32,000 nucleotides of DNA, from the sequence record CM022109.1; one strand, written 5' to 3'. Positions 1-10,302 of this stretch are shown here, piece by piece. Within the stretch, counting starts at the first letter, position 1. The number at the start of each line of letters is the position of its first letter. A program made the position numbers and the translations under genes. The notes under the pieces are model-generated. The model made no database searches. It was not told the origin of the DNA and worked only from the letters and a program-made list of their open reading frames with translations.

Positions 1-2495
1 GTATCATACCCTAAATTTTGACTATATAATTTTAAAATTTCTTCACGTTTCTCTGCATTAGGTAGCCCAATTTCTAAAATACGATCAAATCGACCTGGTC
101 GTAATACAGCCGGATCTAATATTTCCGATCGGTTTGTTGCACCAATAACAACAACTCCACTTCTGCTTTGAATACCATCTAATTCAATTAAAAATTGCAT
201 TAGAATTCTAAGTTTTTCTTTATAAATTTCATTTTTACCTGAATCTAATCCAGAATTTTCCGTTTTAATTTGATTCGTTGTTACTGATTCTAAGATTTCA
301 TCCGCACCCATTGGATTTTGTAAAACTTGTTCACGTTTTTCAGCTAATGTATCGATTTCATCAATAAAAACAATACAAGGTGCTAATTGGCGGGCTTCTT
401 GAAAAACTAATTCTAGTTTTAATGCCCCAGATTCGCCAGGTTCCAATAGCGAACTACCGGATAAAGCAATTACTGGTACTTCAGCTTCACCAGCAATTGC
501 TTGTACTAATAAAGTCTTCCCAGTTCCTGGAGGTCCAGTTAGTAAAACACCACGTGGAATAATTTCACTTAATGAAAAATTACGTCCAGAATTTCTTAGA
601 AACCAAATAATTTCAATTATTTCAGGTATTAAATGTTTAATACCTCCAATATGATTAAAATTTTTATTGGTTTTTTTAATAATACGAAATCCTTTTTCTT
701 TCTGCCCCATTAAAATTTCAATTTCTTGTTTTAGCTCTTCATCGACAAATCCAAGTAATGCAACTAAATCTAATAAATAAACTAATAGTTCACGACCATA
801 ATTATCAGCTAATGCTTTTAGTGTTTTAAAGACTAAAAAGGCAAATCCAATTTGTGCGGTTACTAACCAAGATTGAATTGTTAAAGGTTCCCATAATGTT
901 CTAAATACTGTCGTATTATTTTTAATATTAAAAACTGATGGAATATACTGATAGATTCCATTTGTTAAATATTCTTGTGTATACTCTTCATTTAATGCTG
1001 CTGTATTTGATTGTATAAAGTGTTTTTTTATTTTTGAATTTATAAAATTTGGTTCTAATGTAGCAGTATTTAGTAAATAAGATTTAGTTGTCTTTTGAGT
1101 TGCAATATTAGATTGCAAAATAGGTAGTCCTAAATTTATTTTGCCTTCTGATGATGATTCAAGTAATGAATTAAGTTTTGGTATTGAAAAATAAGGAAAT
1201 TGTAAAATATTTTTATTGGTTGAACCAACTATATTTGGTGCAATAAAATTCCCAGTACTAAAAATAGGTAAATTATTTAACCAATATACATTTAAGTCAC
1301 GTATGTTCTTACTCGAAAATTCTGATGAATTTTCAGGTGAATCAAATAAACCAAAAAAATTATTTAATGGTTCTGTCGAAACAAAAAGTGAATTTAAAAA
1401 ATTTTTCAACCAAATTCTAAATTTGATTTGTTGTCGACTGTCTTCAAATTTCCAATCAAAACCTGTTTGAGCATCAACTAAACTTGTTGGACCTGAATAT
1501 AAGAATTGAAATGGCGAATTGTCATCAATTTCAATTGGTGAGGTTTGAATTAAAAAATTTGGTGGAGTTGGTAAAACTTGTTTAATTGTTTCATGAGTTA
1601 AATAACTAAATGGTAATTTTAATTCAAATGTATCAGCTGTAAGACTAGTAATTGATGTTGTTGAAAATTGAATTACTTTATCGGGATATAAATAGCCAGA
1701 CATTAGCCGAGTAGGTACATATGTCGGTATAGAAAAATTAATTTGCTTAGTAAGTAATTCACTATAAAATTTAGGTGTTTGAGTTTGTAAAAATTTTTTC
1801 CTTTCAAAGTTATTTTGAATAGACTCATTCAAATTAAATTTATAAGTACCATGTATAGTATTGAAATTAATATAATTATTATTAATATCTAGGCTATTTA
1901 AATTTGTATTTTCAATTGGTAATTTTTTATTACGATTAATTGGAAGTGGCTGAAAATTAGTTAATTCATTTGTCAAAGTATTACTTTGTAATTTAAAAGG
2001 TAATAGATCAAGAATTAAATTGTTTTCAATCAGGCGATTGTACCTTAGATAGTAACTTTCATGCGTTTTCGGATTAAAAATAATACTCTTATAATTATAA
2101 GAAGGATTTAAAAATCGTCTATTTTTATTCTCAGTTTGAATTAACAAGCTTTGATTATTCCAATAAATACTAGAATTAAGCATATTTATATTTTTAAATA
2201 CTATAAATGTGTCCCAATTTATTTGTTCTGGAGTAAGTTGCAAGCCAGGTAAATTTTTATGAAAAAAATATTTTCGTTGAATTGAAAAATATTGAGTATT
2301 AATATATTGATTAAAACCAAATAAAAACGGTATTAAACTTACTAAAATAGCTAAACTTGGTTGACGAGATGTTAATTGAGTACGTATATTTTGCCTATGA
2401 TTAATAATTTGTGTTTTTAACGGGTTAAAAAAATCAATCCAAAAATTTAAAAAATTTGGTGAAAATTTTGTTTGATTTAATTTGTCTCTATGCAT
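1..2495 (-). CDS. ftsH: FtsH-like AAA+ protein (plastid ftsH/ycf2-type); 5' part only, the gene continues past the left window edge
   Basis: The ORF track omits it because no stop lies inside the window. I checked the minus frame codon by codon: it is open from ATG at 2495 (in-frame stop just upstream at 2502-2504) to position 3, 831 codons. Walker A GPPGTGKT at 513-536, Walker B IVFIDEID at 351-374, second region of homology ATNRSEILDPAVLRPGRFDR near 70-130. Predicted TM helices at about residues 47-62 and 540-558. Confidence 0.9.
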   Translation of the reverse strand, partial: MHRDKLNQTKFSPNFLNFWIDFFNPLKTQIINHRQNIRTQLTSRQPSLAILVSLIPFLFGFNQYINTQYFSIQRKYFFHKNLPGLQLTPEQINWDTFIVFKNINMLNSSIYWNNQSLLIQTENKNRRFLNPSYNYKSIIFNPKTHESYYLRYNRLIENNLILDLLPFKLQSNTLTNELTNFQPLPINRNKKLPIENTNLNSLDINNNYINFNTIHGTYKFNLNESIQNNFERKKFLQTQTPKFYSELLTKQINFSIPTYVPTRLMSGYLYPDKVIQFSTTSITSLTADTFELKLPFSYLTHETIKQVLPTPPNFLIQTSPIEIDDNSPFQFLYSGPTSLVDAQTGFDWKFEDSRQQIKFRIWLKNFLNSLFVSTEPLNNFFGLFDSPENSSEFSSKNIRDLNVYWLNNLPIFSTGNFIAPNIVGSTNKNILQFPYFSIPKLNSLLESSSEGKINLGLPILQSNIATQKTTKSYLLNTATLEPNFINSKIKKHFIQSNTAALNEEYTQEYLTNGIYQYIPSVFNIKNNTTVFRTLWEPLTIQSWLVTAQIGFAFLVFKTLKALADNYGRELLVYLLDLVALLGFVDEELKQEIEILMGQKEKGFRIIKKTNKNFNHIGGIKHLIPEIIEIIWFLRNSGRNFSLSEIIPRGVLLTGPPGTGKTLLVQAIAGEAEVPVIALSGSSLLEPGESGALKLELVFQEARQLAPCIVFIDEIDTLAEKREQVLQNPMGADEILESVTTNQIKTENSGLDSGKNEIYKEKLRILMQFLIELDGIQSRSGVVVIGATNRSEILDPAVLRPGRFDRILEIGLPNAEKREEILKLYSQNLGYD

Positions 2496-2599
2496 ATAAT
2501 TTTAAGTAATAAATTTCTATTGATTATGATTCAAAATAGTTATATATATAACTTTTTTACTTTATTTTATTTCTATATACATTATACATGATAATTGAA

Positions 2600-2640
2600 T
2601 AGTTTTAAATACAAAATGACTAGCTAGTAGTTTAAAACTA
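2600..2640 (-). terminator. 3' UTR stem-loop downstream of accD (10-bp stem, 21-nt loop)
   Basis: tagttttaaa (2600-2609) is the reverse complement of tttaaaacta (2631-2640). It lies 14 nt past the accD stop codon. Confidence 0.35.
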
Positions 2641-2653
2641 ACTAATCAAAATT

Positions 2654-3805
2654 TTATTTATTAAATGATGAACGTAATTTAAATTGATTTTGATTTAACC
2701 AATTAATTTGTGTTGTTTTCTTAGTTGCTAATTTTAGCGCATGCTCAAGTGATGTACTTTTTGTTAAGTCAATATTGGAAATATTAAATACATTTAATAA
2801 TGATTCAAATTCGTTAACAAATATCTTATATGCATCACTATTAGGTTTTGATAGTAAACGTCTAAAACGCTCTTCTTGGACTTTTGTTAATGAACCACGT
2901 TGGCCATATAAGATTTTCCCATGAGTTTTAAGTGGTGCTTCTTTATACAATGTAATTGTTTCAGATAAAGCTTGTTTTAAAAATGAACGTGGAATAATTA
3001 AATCTAACAAACCATGATGTAATAAATATTCAGAAGTTTGAAAGTCATCTGGTAATTGTTCTTGTAGTGTTTGCTCAATAACACGACGACCAGCAAAGCC
3101 AATTAGCGCTTTTGGTTCAGCAAAAATTAAATCACCTAACATGGCAAAACTAGCAGTTACACCACCTGTTGTAGGTGAAGTTAATACAGCAATATAAAGT
3201 AATTTTGCACAGTTTTGGTGGACATGTAAAGCTGCTGAAATTTTTGCCATTTGCATTAAACTAAAAATACCTTCTTGCATACGAGCTCCACCAGATGCAC
3301 AAACTATAATTAAAGGTAAACCTTGATGTGTTGCATATTCAATTAAGCGAGTAATTTTTTCTCCGACAACGGAACCCATACTACCCCCCATAAAATTAAA
3401 ATCCATAACACCTAATGCAACTGGAATTCCATCTAATAAACCCGTGCCTGTTTGAATACCATCTTGTAATCCAGTACGTTCTTGAGCTTCTTTTAAACGT
3501 TCAGTATACGCTTTTTGATCTTTGAATTCTAATGGATCTCCAGGTGATAACGTTTCATTAATAGGATGCCAAGTATTTGTATCAATTAAATGTTCAATAC
3601 GTTCTGAACTTGTCATTTGTAAATGAAAACCGCACCCAAAACAAACACGTTGGTTTTCTTTTAAATGTTTAATATATAAAATAACACCGCAATGATCACA
3701 ACGAGTCCATAGACCTTGAGTTGTATTTGAATCAGTTTTTTTGTACTTCGGTGCATTTAATAATTTTAATTTTCTCTGTTCTTCAATCCATGATAATATA
3801 GACAT
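2654..3805 (-). CDS. accD: acetyl-CoA carboxylase carboxyltransferase beta subunit
   Basis: 383-aa ORF. N-terminal CxxC-x15-CxxC zinc ribbon ([24 protein letters not shown]). Conserved [22 protein letters not shown] and [16 protein letters not shown] motifs. Confidence 0.96.
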   Translation of the reverse strand: MSILSWIEEQRKLKLLNAPKYKKTDSNTTQGLWTRCDHCGVILYIKHLKENQRVCFGCGFHLQMTSSERIEHLIDTNTWHPINETLSPGDPLEFKDQKAYTERLKEAQERTGLQDGIQTGTGLLDGIPVALGVMDFNFMGGSMGSVVGEKITRLIEYATHQGLPLIIVCASGGARMQEGIFSLMQMAKISAALHVHQNCAKLLYIAVLTSPTTGGVTASFAMLGDLIFAEPKALIGFAGRRVIEQTLQEQLPDDFQTSEYLLHHGLLDLIIPRSFLKQALSETITLYKEAPLKTHGKILYGQRGSLTKVQEERFRRLLSKPNSDAYKIFVNEFESLLNVFNISNIDLTKSTSLEHALKLATKKTTQINWLNQNQFKLRSSFNK

Positions 3806-3890
3806 ATTATATCTCCGATTACTATATTTTTTTATTTAAATGGAATCGGATTTTTTTTTAACCCGATTCATAGTCTAAAGTAAATTACTT

Positions 3891-4001
3891 TTAATTAATT
3901 GAATCTTTTTCAATATAAATAAATAATGATGCCATTGCAACCGCTGGAAAAATAAGTCCTGTTAAAGGAACTAAAATACTTGGTAATAATTGTGCACTCA
4001 T
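3891..4001 (-). CDS. psaI: photosystem I subunit VIII
   Basis: Hand-translated 36 aa: [36 protein letters not shown]. This matches the conserved PsaI core (LPSIxVPLxGLxFPAxAMASLF). Too short for the ORF track. Confidence 0.9.
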   Translation of the reverse strand: MSAQLLPSILVPLTGLIFPAVAMASLFIYIEKDSIN

Positions 4002-4077
4002 AACAAAAAAAAATATATATAATTATATATATATTATATATATTTTTTTTTATAATATAAAGTGTTTTAGTGTTTTT

Positions 4078-4150
4078 TAGGCCCTACCGGATTCGAACCG
4101 ATGACCCGCTGCTTGTAAGGCAGCTGCTCTACCAACTGAGCTAAAGGCCT
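4078..4150 (-). tRNA. trnV: tRNA-Val (anticodon UAC), no intron
   Basis: Cloverleaf folded by hand. 7-bp acceptor stem, T-loop TTCGAAT, anticodon loop CTTACAA. Confidence 0.9.
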
Positions 4151-4165
4151 TTATTAATGTAATTA

Positions 4166-4209
4166 TAATATAGATCTTTATACTTTGCAAGTTTTAAAGA
4201 TCTATATTA
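4166..4209 (-). terminator. 3' UTR stem-loop downstream of rpoC2 (15-bp perfect stem, 14-nt loop)
   Basis: 4166-4180 (taatatagatcttta) is the exact reverse complement of 4195-4209. It lies 10 nt downstream of the rpoC2 stop codon. Confidence 0.6.
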
Positions 4210-4218
4210 CCTTACTAT

Positions 4219-7200
4219 TTAATTTTTTAAAAATAATAATTTATTCGAAATCAAACCTGTTCCAGCAGGGATAGCTTGACCAACAATTACATTTTCATGT
4301 AAACCTTGTAAAAAATCACGCTTTTTACTTAAGGCGCTTTTAATTAATACACGACTAACCTCTTGAAAACTTGCTGCTAATAAAAAACTATCTGATTGTA
4401 ATACACTTTTACTAATGCCTAATACAATTGGTTCATATGTTGCTTCGCGCAACCCAATTTCTGAAATTTTTCTATTAAATTTTTTAATCCAAGTATGTAA
4501 AACTAATTCACCAGGTAATAAACCAGTTTCACCAGGTTCTAAAATACGAACTCGACTTGTCATTTGACGAACAATCACTTCGATATGTTTTTCCGAAATT
4601 TTTACACCTTGATTTGAATAAGCATTATCAATATTTTCAACTAAGAAATTTTGTGCCTCTAAAAAACTTTTGTCTACCGCTGTTGACCAATGTTCGGTTG
4701 TTAATAATTCAAGTTCACGTACAAAAGCCGATTTTAAACGTAAATGAACAGTATCTGATAATACTTCACCACTTTGACTTTCACGTGCTTCAAATAATTG
4801 TTCAATTTTTGGAATACCTTGAACAATATCTTCAGTTTGTAGTCGACGAGATTTTAATGTTACAATTAATTGATTTTGATGAATTAAATCATTATGTTCA
4901 ACATGAACAATACCACGTGCTGATACTAAAATCGGAGTACCTAAGCGTAAAATAATATGCTCACTGGTTTTTGTTATAAATTGTCCAGTAAAAATAGACG
5001 CCTTTCCTTGTTCTAATTGGTCTCCCCAACGAATCATTTGACCAATATTTTTATGGATATTAATTGATTGAATAGGGATTTTAATTAAATCCGTATTTTG
5101 TAATACACTAATTAAATTATCTGAATTAATTAAATTTAATTCCCCATTGTATTTAGATACAATATATCCATAACTAAATAAATTATTAGCGCGAATAACA
5201 TTATTATTAAATGTTATAAATTTTAAATTTTTTGCTTGATCTAAGCCAGAATTATAATAATTATAAATATTTAAACCACGGGAAAATGTATTATTTAAAT
5301 ATTTAAAGTTACAAATTAACTTTGGATATAAATTATTTTGTTTATGACAAAATTGTAATCGAGCAATATTTAATTCTGAATTTGAATAATAACCTGTTTT
5401 ATTTTTATTTAAAACTCTAGAATTGATTTGTGGATAGACAAATCTTTTTATACCAGTTTTACTTTGTTTTGACTTAATAGTAATTTTATTACTAAAAACA
5501 AATGTTGATAATAAATTTTTATATTCACTTAATGTTATTGATGAAATTTCATGGCATTTTTTTAGTAAATTTACTGTTAAAGTAGAATGTCTATATTGAT
5601 TTGATTTTAGTAGTGGTAAATTTGCTTTATACCACACTATATTACATTTTAGTTTACTTGAAACTTTATAAAAATTTGGCTTCTGTTTAGCATACTTTAT
5701 GCTAAAATTGGAATTTAATACTAATTGATTTTTTTGATACCAAGTTTTGGCCTCTAAAATTGAATGCTCTTGTGAAACAAAAGACGACACTGGGAGAAGT
5801 GCTGAATAATATTTTGGAAGTAAAAAGTTTTTAAATTCTGAAGTATTTGGAATTAAATATTGTTTTTTTAATTGATTTTGGTTTATTAAAATTGGCCAAG
5901 ATTCAGTTTTGTTATTAATAATACTTTTTTTAGTATTTCTAAATTCATCCTGTTTTTTCGAGAAGATCAAGGATTTAGAAGAACCTGTTTTATACTGCAA
6001 AAAATTATCTTTATTCAAAATAATCTTTTTATTTTGACCCTTTTGAATTTCATTTAATTGATGTCTACATTTATAATAATTACCTTGGGGTATATGATTT
6101 TTTCCAAAAGTTGCTGGCCACGATTTATTAATAATCGAATTTGTATATGTAAATTCTTTAAATTTATTTGGGAATTTAAAATGATTAAAATACCAAATTA
6201 AATCATGAGTATTAATGGAATTATGTGATTGTACAATTAAACCTAATTTTTTAATACTTGATGTAAAAATTAAAAAATTTTTATTTTGAATAATAGATGA
6301 AATTGGTAATTCACATGTATATAAACCAAAGGTTATTGAATTGTTAATTAATTGAAGACATTGATTAAATGGTGATAGGAATTCATATATTCCAATAGTT
6401 GTGCTATTTGAAATTAAATCACCTGGTATAACCATTGATAAATTAGTTTGGATCTCTTGTTTTGGCGAATTTTTTAAAATCCAAAAACTGCCTATTTGTG
6501 ACATACGACGTGTCTCAGATAAACCTAATGAATCTGAACTATTTTGGTACATTTTTGCAAATGATTTTGGCATTTGCAAATCCGTAACAGCTATTTTTTG
6601 TTTCTCAATAATAAGATTCATTGATTCATAAAAAACTTGACCAGTTTGTTTAGCATAAACTGGGTGACTTGATTCGGGTAATTGTTGTTTTGTAACCTTA
6701 ATATAAGAAGCTTGACCAATCAGCCCTTTACTTGATATAACTTCACCTTGTTTTACAAATAAAATACTTCCAGGTGGTAATTGTGATTCATTTAAAGAAA
6801 AAGTTGTATTTGTTGTAGATTTTAGTTCTAATAAAATTTTATTTTCATTACTTGGAATATATTTCAACATAAATGCAATTTTACCATTTGGGGTGCGAAC
6901 ATAATGGCCTGGTAAAATTTCTAAGAAATTAATTTTCCCTGAATATGGTGCGACTAGCGGTTTTAAGGCTTGATCAGAAAAAACACCAACGCCTCCTGTA
7001 TGAAATGTACGCATTGTTAATTGTGTACCAGGTTCACCAATGGATTGAGCAGCAATAACTCCAACAGCTTCACCAATTTGAACAACTTTTCCTGATGCTA
7101 AACTCCACCCATAACAACATTGACAAATTGATGTGCGTGCACTACATGTTAATGGCGATCGAACTGGGATTTCTGTACATTGGGTACAGATAATATATGC

Positions 7201-8007
7201 ATCTTTAGTTGTTATTATATGATTTTTCTCAAAAATTTTCTCTTGAATAATCAATTTTTTTGCTAATACACGGCCAATTAAACGAGATTTTAAATTATTC
7301 CCAGTTAATAGGCGGTATTGATTTGTTTGACAATCGGTAATTGATACAACTGCATGTTGCGCTGAATCTACTAATCGGCGCGTTAAATAACCAGATGTAG
7401 CAGTACGTAATGCTGTATCAACTAAACCTTTTCGAGCACCATAACATGAAATAAGATACTCAGTAATTGTTAAGCCTTCACGAAAATTACTTTGAATTGG
7501 AAATTCTAAAATTGCACCTTGTGGATCCGCCATTAAACCACGCATTGCAATTAATTGTCTAACTTGAGATACATTCCCACGGGCTCCTGAAAACGCCATC
7601 ATATAAACCGGATTTACCGGGTTTTTTAATTTAAAATTTTGAATTGCTGTTTGGCGAAGTTTATCACTTGTTTGATTCCAAATTTCAATTAAAGATTGAG
7701 ATTTTTCAACACTTGTTAATAAACCTTGATTATTTAGTTGGTCAATTTGCTTATTTTCCAGTTGACTTTGAGTAATTAAAGTTGGTTTTTCGGGTGGAAT
7801 TTGAAGATCTTCAATACCTAACGAAATACCAGCAACAGTGGCTTGATGAAAACCGTTTAATTTCAATTGTTCTAAAAATTTGATTGTTTTTCGTTCACCA
7901 TAATTTGTTAAAAACCAAGACACTAAATTTTTGACTTGGTTTTTATCAAAACAGGCATTAAAAAATATCACTTTATTGTGATTTTTATTAAAATCAAGTA
8001 AATTCAT
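4219..8007 (-). CDS. rpoC2: RNA polymerase beta'' subunit
   Basis: 1262-aa ORF. Conserved AAQSIGEPGTQLTMRTFHTGG (trigger loop N-terminal arm) and GIPKIEQLFEAR (C-terminal arm) flank a long N/K-rich insertion. The C-terminal GLHENVIVGQAIPAGTG motif is present. Confidence 0.97.
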   Translation of the reverse strand: MNLLDFNKNHNKVIFFNACFDKNQVKNLVSWFLTNYGERKTIKFLEQLKLNGFHQATVAGISLGIEDLQIPPEKPTLITQSQLENKQIDQLNNQGLLTSVEKSQSLIEIWNQTSDKLRQTAIQNFKLKNPVNPVYMMAFSGARGNVSQVRQLIAMRGLMADPQGAILEFPIQSNFREGLTITEYLISCYGARKGLVDTALRTATSGYLTRRLVDSAQHAVVSITDCQTNQYRLLTGNNLKSRLIGRVLAKKLIIQEKIFEKNHIITTKDAYIICTQCTEIPVRSPLTCSARTSICQCCYGWSLASGKVVQIGEAVGVIAAQSIGEPGTQLTMRTFHTGGVGVFSDQALKPLVAPYSGKINFLEILPGHYVRTPNGKIAFMLKYIPSNENKILLELKSTTNTTFSLNESQLPPGSILFVKQGEVISSKGLIGQASYIKVTKQQLPESSHPVYAKQTGQVFYESMNLIIEKQKIAVTDLQMPKSFAKMYQNSSDSLGLSETRRMSQIGSFWILKNSPKQEIQTNLSMVIPGDLISNSTTIGIYEFLSPFNQCLQLINNSITFGLYTCELPISSIIQNKNFLIFTSSIKKLGLIVQSHNSINTHDLIWYFNHFKFPNKFKEFTYTNSIINKSWPATFGKNHIPQGNYYKCRHQLNEIQKGQNKKIILNKDNFLQYKTGSSKSLIFSKKQDEFRNTKKSIINNKTESWPILINQNQLKKQYLIPNTSEFKNFLLPKYYSALLPVSSFVSQEHSILEAKTWYQKNQLVLNSNFSIKYAKQKPNFYKVSSKLKCNIVWYKANLPLLKSNQYRHSTLTVNLLKKCHEISSITLSEYKNLLSTFVFSNKITIKSKQSKTGIKRFVYPQINSRVLNKNKTGYYSNSELNIARLQFCHKQNNLYPKLICNFKYLNNTFSRGLNIYNYYNSGLDQAKNLKFITFNNNVIRANNLFSYGYIVSKYNGELNLINSDNLISVLQNTDLIKIPIQSINIHKNIGQMIRWGDQLEQGKASIFTGQFITKTSEHIILRLGTPILVSARGIVHVEHNDLIHQNQLIVTLKSRRLQTEDIVQGIPKIEQLFEARESQSGEVLSDTVHLRLKSAFVRELELLTTEHWSTAVDKSFLEAQNFLVENIDNAYSNQGVKISEKHIEVIVRQMTSRVRILEPGETGLLPGELVLHTWIKKFNRKISEIGLREATYEPIVLGISKSVLQSDSFLLAASFQEVSRVLIKSALSKKRDFLQGLHENVIVGQAIPAGTGLISNKLLFLKN

Positions 8008-8037
8008 ATGTATAAAAAATAATCTTTTAAAAAGATC

Positions 8038-10266
8038 TTAACTATAAATTAAATTATTCATTAGTACACGACCAGCAGTTGTTCGATAAAAATAACTTGG
8101 TGTTAATGAAGTTTGTGTTTCAGAAACTATATATGTTTCTTGGAAATAAGAATATTGAGTTCCGTTTTTCATTAATCGAATTTCTAATGGTTTATTTAAT
8201 TCTTTTGATTGTTTTTCTCCAATTAATGTTTGAACAGGGAAATTTAGTTTTATCCAAATTGGAGTATGTGTATGTAGTTTATTACTTTGATAATCTGCAA
8301 GAATTTCTGAAATGGTAGAATACCAAATATTTAATTTCAAAGATTGTTTTTTCGGAAATTTGTTATTTTTTAATAATGTTAAATAATAACACCCAAGAAC
8401 CATATCTTGAGTTGGTAAAAGTAATGGTTGCCCCGACGCTGGTGATAATAAGTGATTACAAGATAAAAGTAGATTCAAAGTTTCAGCACGAGCACTTGTA
8501 GATAATGGAATATGAACCGCCATTTGATCGCCGTCAAAATCCGCATTAAAAGCTGGACACACAAGTGGGTGTAATAAAATTGCTTTACCTTCAACAAGTT
8601 TTGGAATAAAAGCTTGAATACCTAAACGGTGTAAAGTAGGAGCTCTATTCAATAAAATCGGATGGCTTTGCATAATTTCACGTAATAAAACCCAAATAAT
8701 TGGTTTTCGTTCCATTATAATAGCTTTTGCACCAATTGTTGTAAAAGCCATGCCTTTATTACGTAATCGTTGAATGAGAAATGGTTGAAATAATTCAATA
8801 GCCATTTGTTTTGGTAATCCACATTCATGGATTTTTAAGTCTGGACCAACGACAATTACAGATCTACCTGAATAATCCACTCGTTTTCCTAATAAATGTT
8901 GACGAAATCGTCCACGTTTACCTTTTAATGCATCTAATAAAGATTTTGTTACTTTACCTGAGTCAACTTTTCCAGTTTTTAATAATGAATCAACTGATTC
9001 CTGTACTTGACGTAAATTATAACACCATGACGCCCAACTACCACTCAAAGCTGTATCAAAGATACTAAATTGAGTTCGATTTATTAATCTACGATTTCTT
9101 GTTAAAACTTTTCGATAAAGACTATTTAAATCCGAAATAACTAATTCCCCGCGAATAGAGGTAATTGGTCGTAAACCAGGTGGAAGTACAGGTAAATAAC
9201 TTAAAATCATCCACGCTAATTGTGTATTTGACTTATAAAAATCACGAAAATAAGTAATACGGCGTAGCAATTTTTTTTCTAATTCTTTAAATCGTGTTAT
9301 TTCAAGTTGAACTTTAGTTTTTTCCAACTTTGGTAACCAATTCATTTCGATGCGTTCTTTTAAAAAATTAATTGATTGTTTTACTTCATTAATATCTAAT
9401 GCTAGTTGTTGTTGTAAACCAATTAAATCATAATATGATAATATTTTTTGGAATACAATTCCACCAGTTTGAATCGGGTAATAATTATTATGTTTTGGAA
9501 CACTTTTTAATGCAAAATTTTGAGTTTTAGTATTAAACGAATAATATGGATTAACAATGTCATCAATTTGCGGTTGGTCCCACATATACACTAAAAAATC
9601 TTGTAAATCTTCTACTTGTCTCCAAGTAGCATCATAACATAACCCATAAAGACGAATTTCAAAATATTTATTATATTGTTGTAAATGAGAAAATTGTTGA
9701 TTTGGATTTTTCCTGCTAAATAAACGCGGTTTTTTATGTATTTGGGGTTTTGCTCCATCCAAATACTTTTCTTTTAAGTTGGATTTAATGTCCATCTCTA
9801 CTGAAAAATACTTCAATGTATTTGGTAGATGAATAAATTCCGTCCCATATAATACGCCTTGTAGTTTTTTATTTGGCCAACTTAAACATAAACCAAGGGG
9901 TGAAGGTTTTTGAATAGAATATAAAGTATGAGCCATTGGTTGGTTTAAAGCAATATAACCCATTCTATATCTTCTAGTTAATGATTTTGTTCGTTCTACT
10001 CCACAGCGTGGACAAACAGCCCCATTTACTTTTGTTGTTTTTTTACCGCAAGCACATGTATAATCAGAAATTGGGCCAAAAATTTTTTGGCAAAATAATC
10101 CATTTGGTTCGGGTTTTAATGTTTTATAATTAACCGTTTCCCAACTTGTTACTTGACCAACTACTTCACCTGTTGGTAAAAAACGCTCCGCCCAAGATTT
10201 AATTTCTTTGGGCGAAGCGAGACCTATTTCTAAATGTTGAAATTTACGACCATTTGTTTGATACAT
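8038..10266 (-). CDS. rpoC1: RNA polymerase beta' subunit (N-terminal half)
   Basis: 742-aa ORF. Zinc-binding CACGK...CPRCGV and catalytic NADFDGDQMAVH are present. Confidence 0.97.
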   Translation of the reverse strand: MYQTNGRKFQHLEIGLASPKEIKSWAERFLPTGEVVGQVTSWETVNYKTLKPEPNGLFCQKIFGPISDYTCACGKKTTKVNGAVCPRCGVERTKSLTRRYRMGYIALNQPMAHTLYSIQKPSPLGLCLSWPNKKLQGVLYGTEFIHLPNTLKYFSVEMDIKSNLKEKYLDGAKPQIHKKPRLFSRKNPNQQFSHLQQYNKYFEIRLYGLCYDATWRQVEDLQDFLVYMWDQPQIDDIVNPYYSFNTKTQNFALKSVPKHNNYYPIQTGGIVFQKILSYYDLIGLQQQLALDINEVKQSINFLKERIEMNWLPKLEKTKVQLEITRFKELEKKLLRRITYFRDFYKSNTQLAWMILSYLPVLPPGLRPITSIRGELVISDLNSLYRKVLTRNRRLINRTQFSIFDTALSGSWASWCYNLRQVQESVDSLLKTGKVDSGKVTKSLLDALKGKRGRFRQHLLGKRVDYSGRSVIVVGPDLKIHECGLPKQMAIELFQPFLIQRLRNKGMAFTTIGAKAIIMERKPIIWVLLREIMQSHPILLNRAPTLHRLGIQAFIPKLVEGKAILLHPLVCPAFNADFDGDQMAVHIPLSTSARAETLNLLLSCNHLLSPASGQPLLLPTQDMVLGCYYLTLLKNNKFPKKQSLKLNIWYSTISEILADYQSNKLHTHTPIWIKLNFPVQTLIGEKQSKELNKPLEIRLMKNGTQYSYFQETYIVSETQTSLTPSYFYRTTAGRVLMNNLIYS

Positions 10267-10302
10267 TTTTTCTGTTTTTTTTTGTTGTCTACAAAGTAGG
10301 AA

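Noticed and set aside
380-1470. Plus-strand ORFs 380-562 and 1216-1470
   Set aside because: They are antisense to the continuous ftsH reading frame and have low-complexity products. They are artefacts of the AT-rich opposite strand.
3843-3869. gaatcgg/ccgattc hairpin after psaI, which resembles the arm of the psbT/psbN hairpin (aatcggga) and might indicate a dispersed repeat family
   Set aside because: Only a 6-7 nt core is shared. That is too short to call a repeat family from one window.
4002-4077. A/T and (TA)n-rich tract between psaI and trnV as a structured repeat or replication origin
   Set aside because: It is simple low-complexity sequence without defined repeat units. Nothing distinguishes it from other AT-rich spacers.
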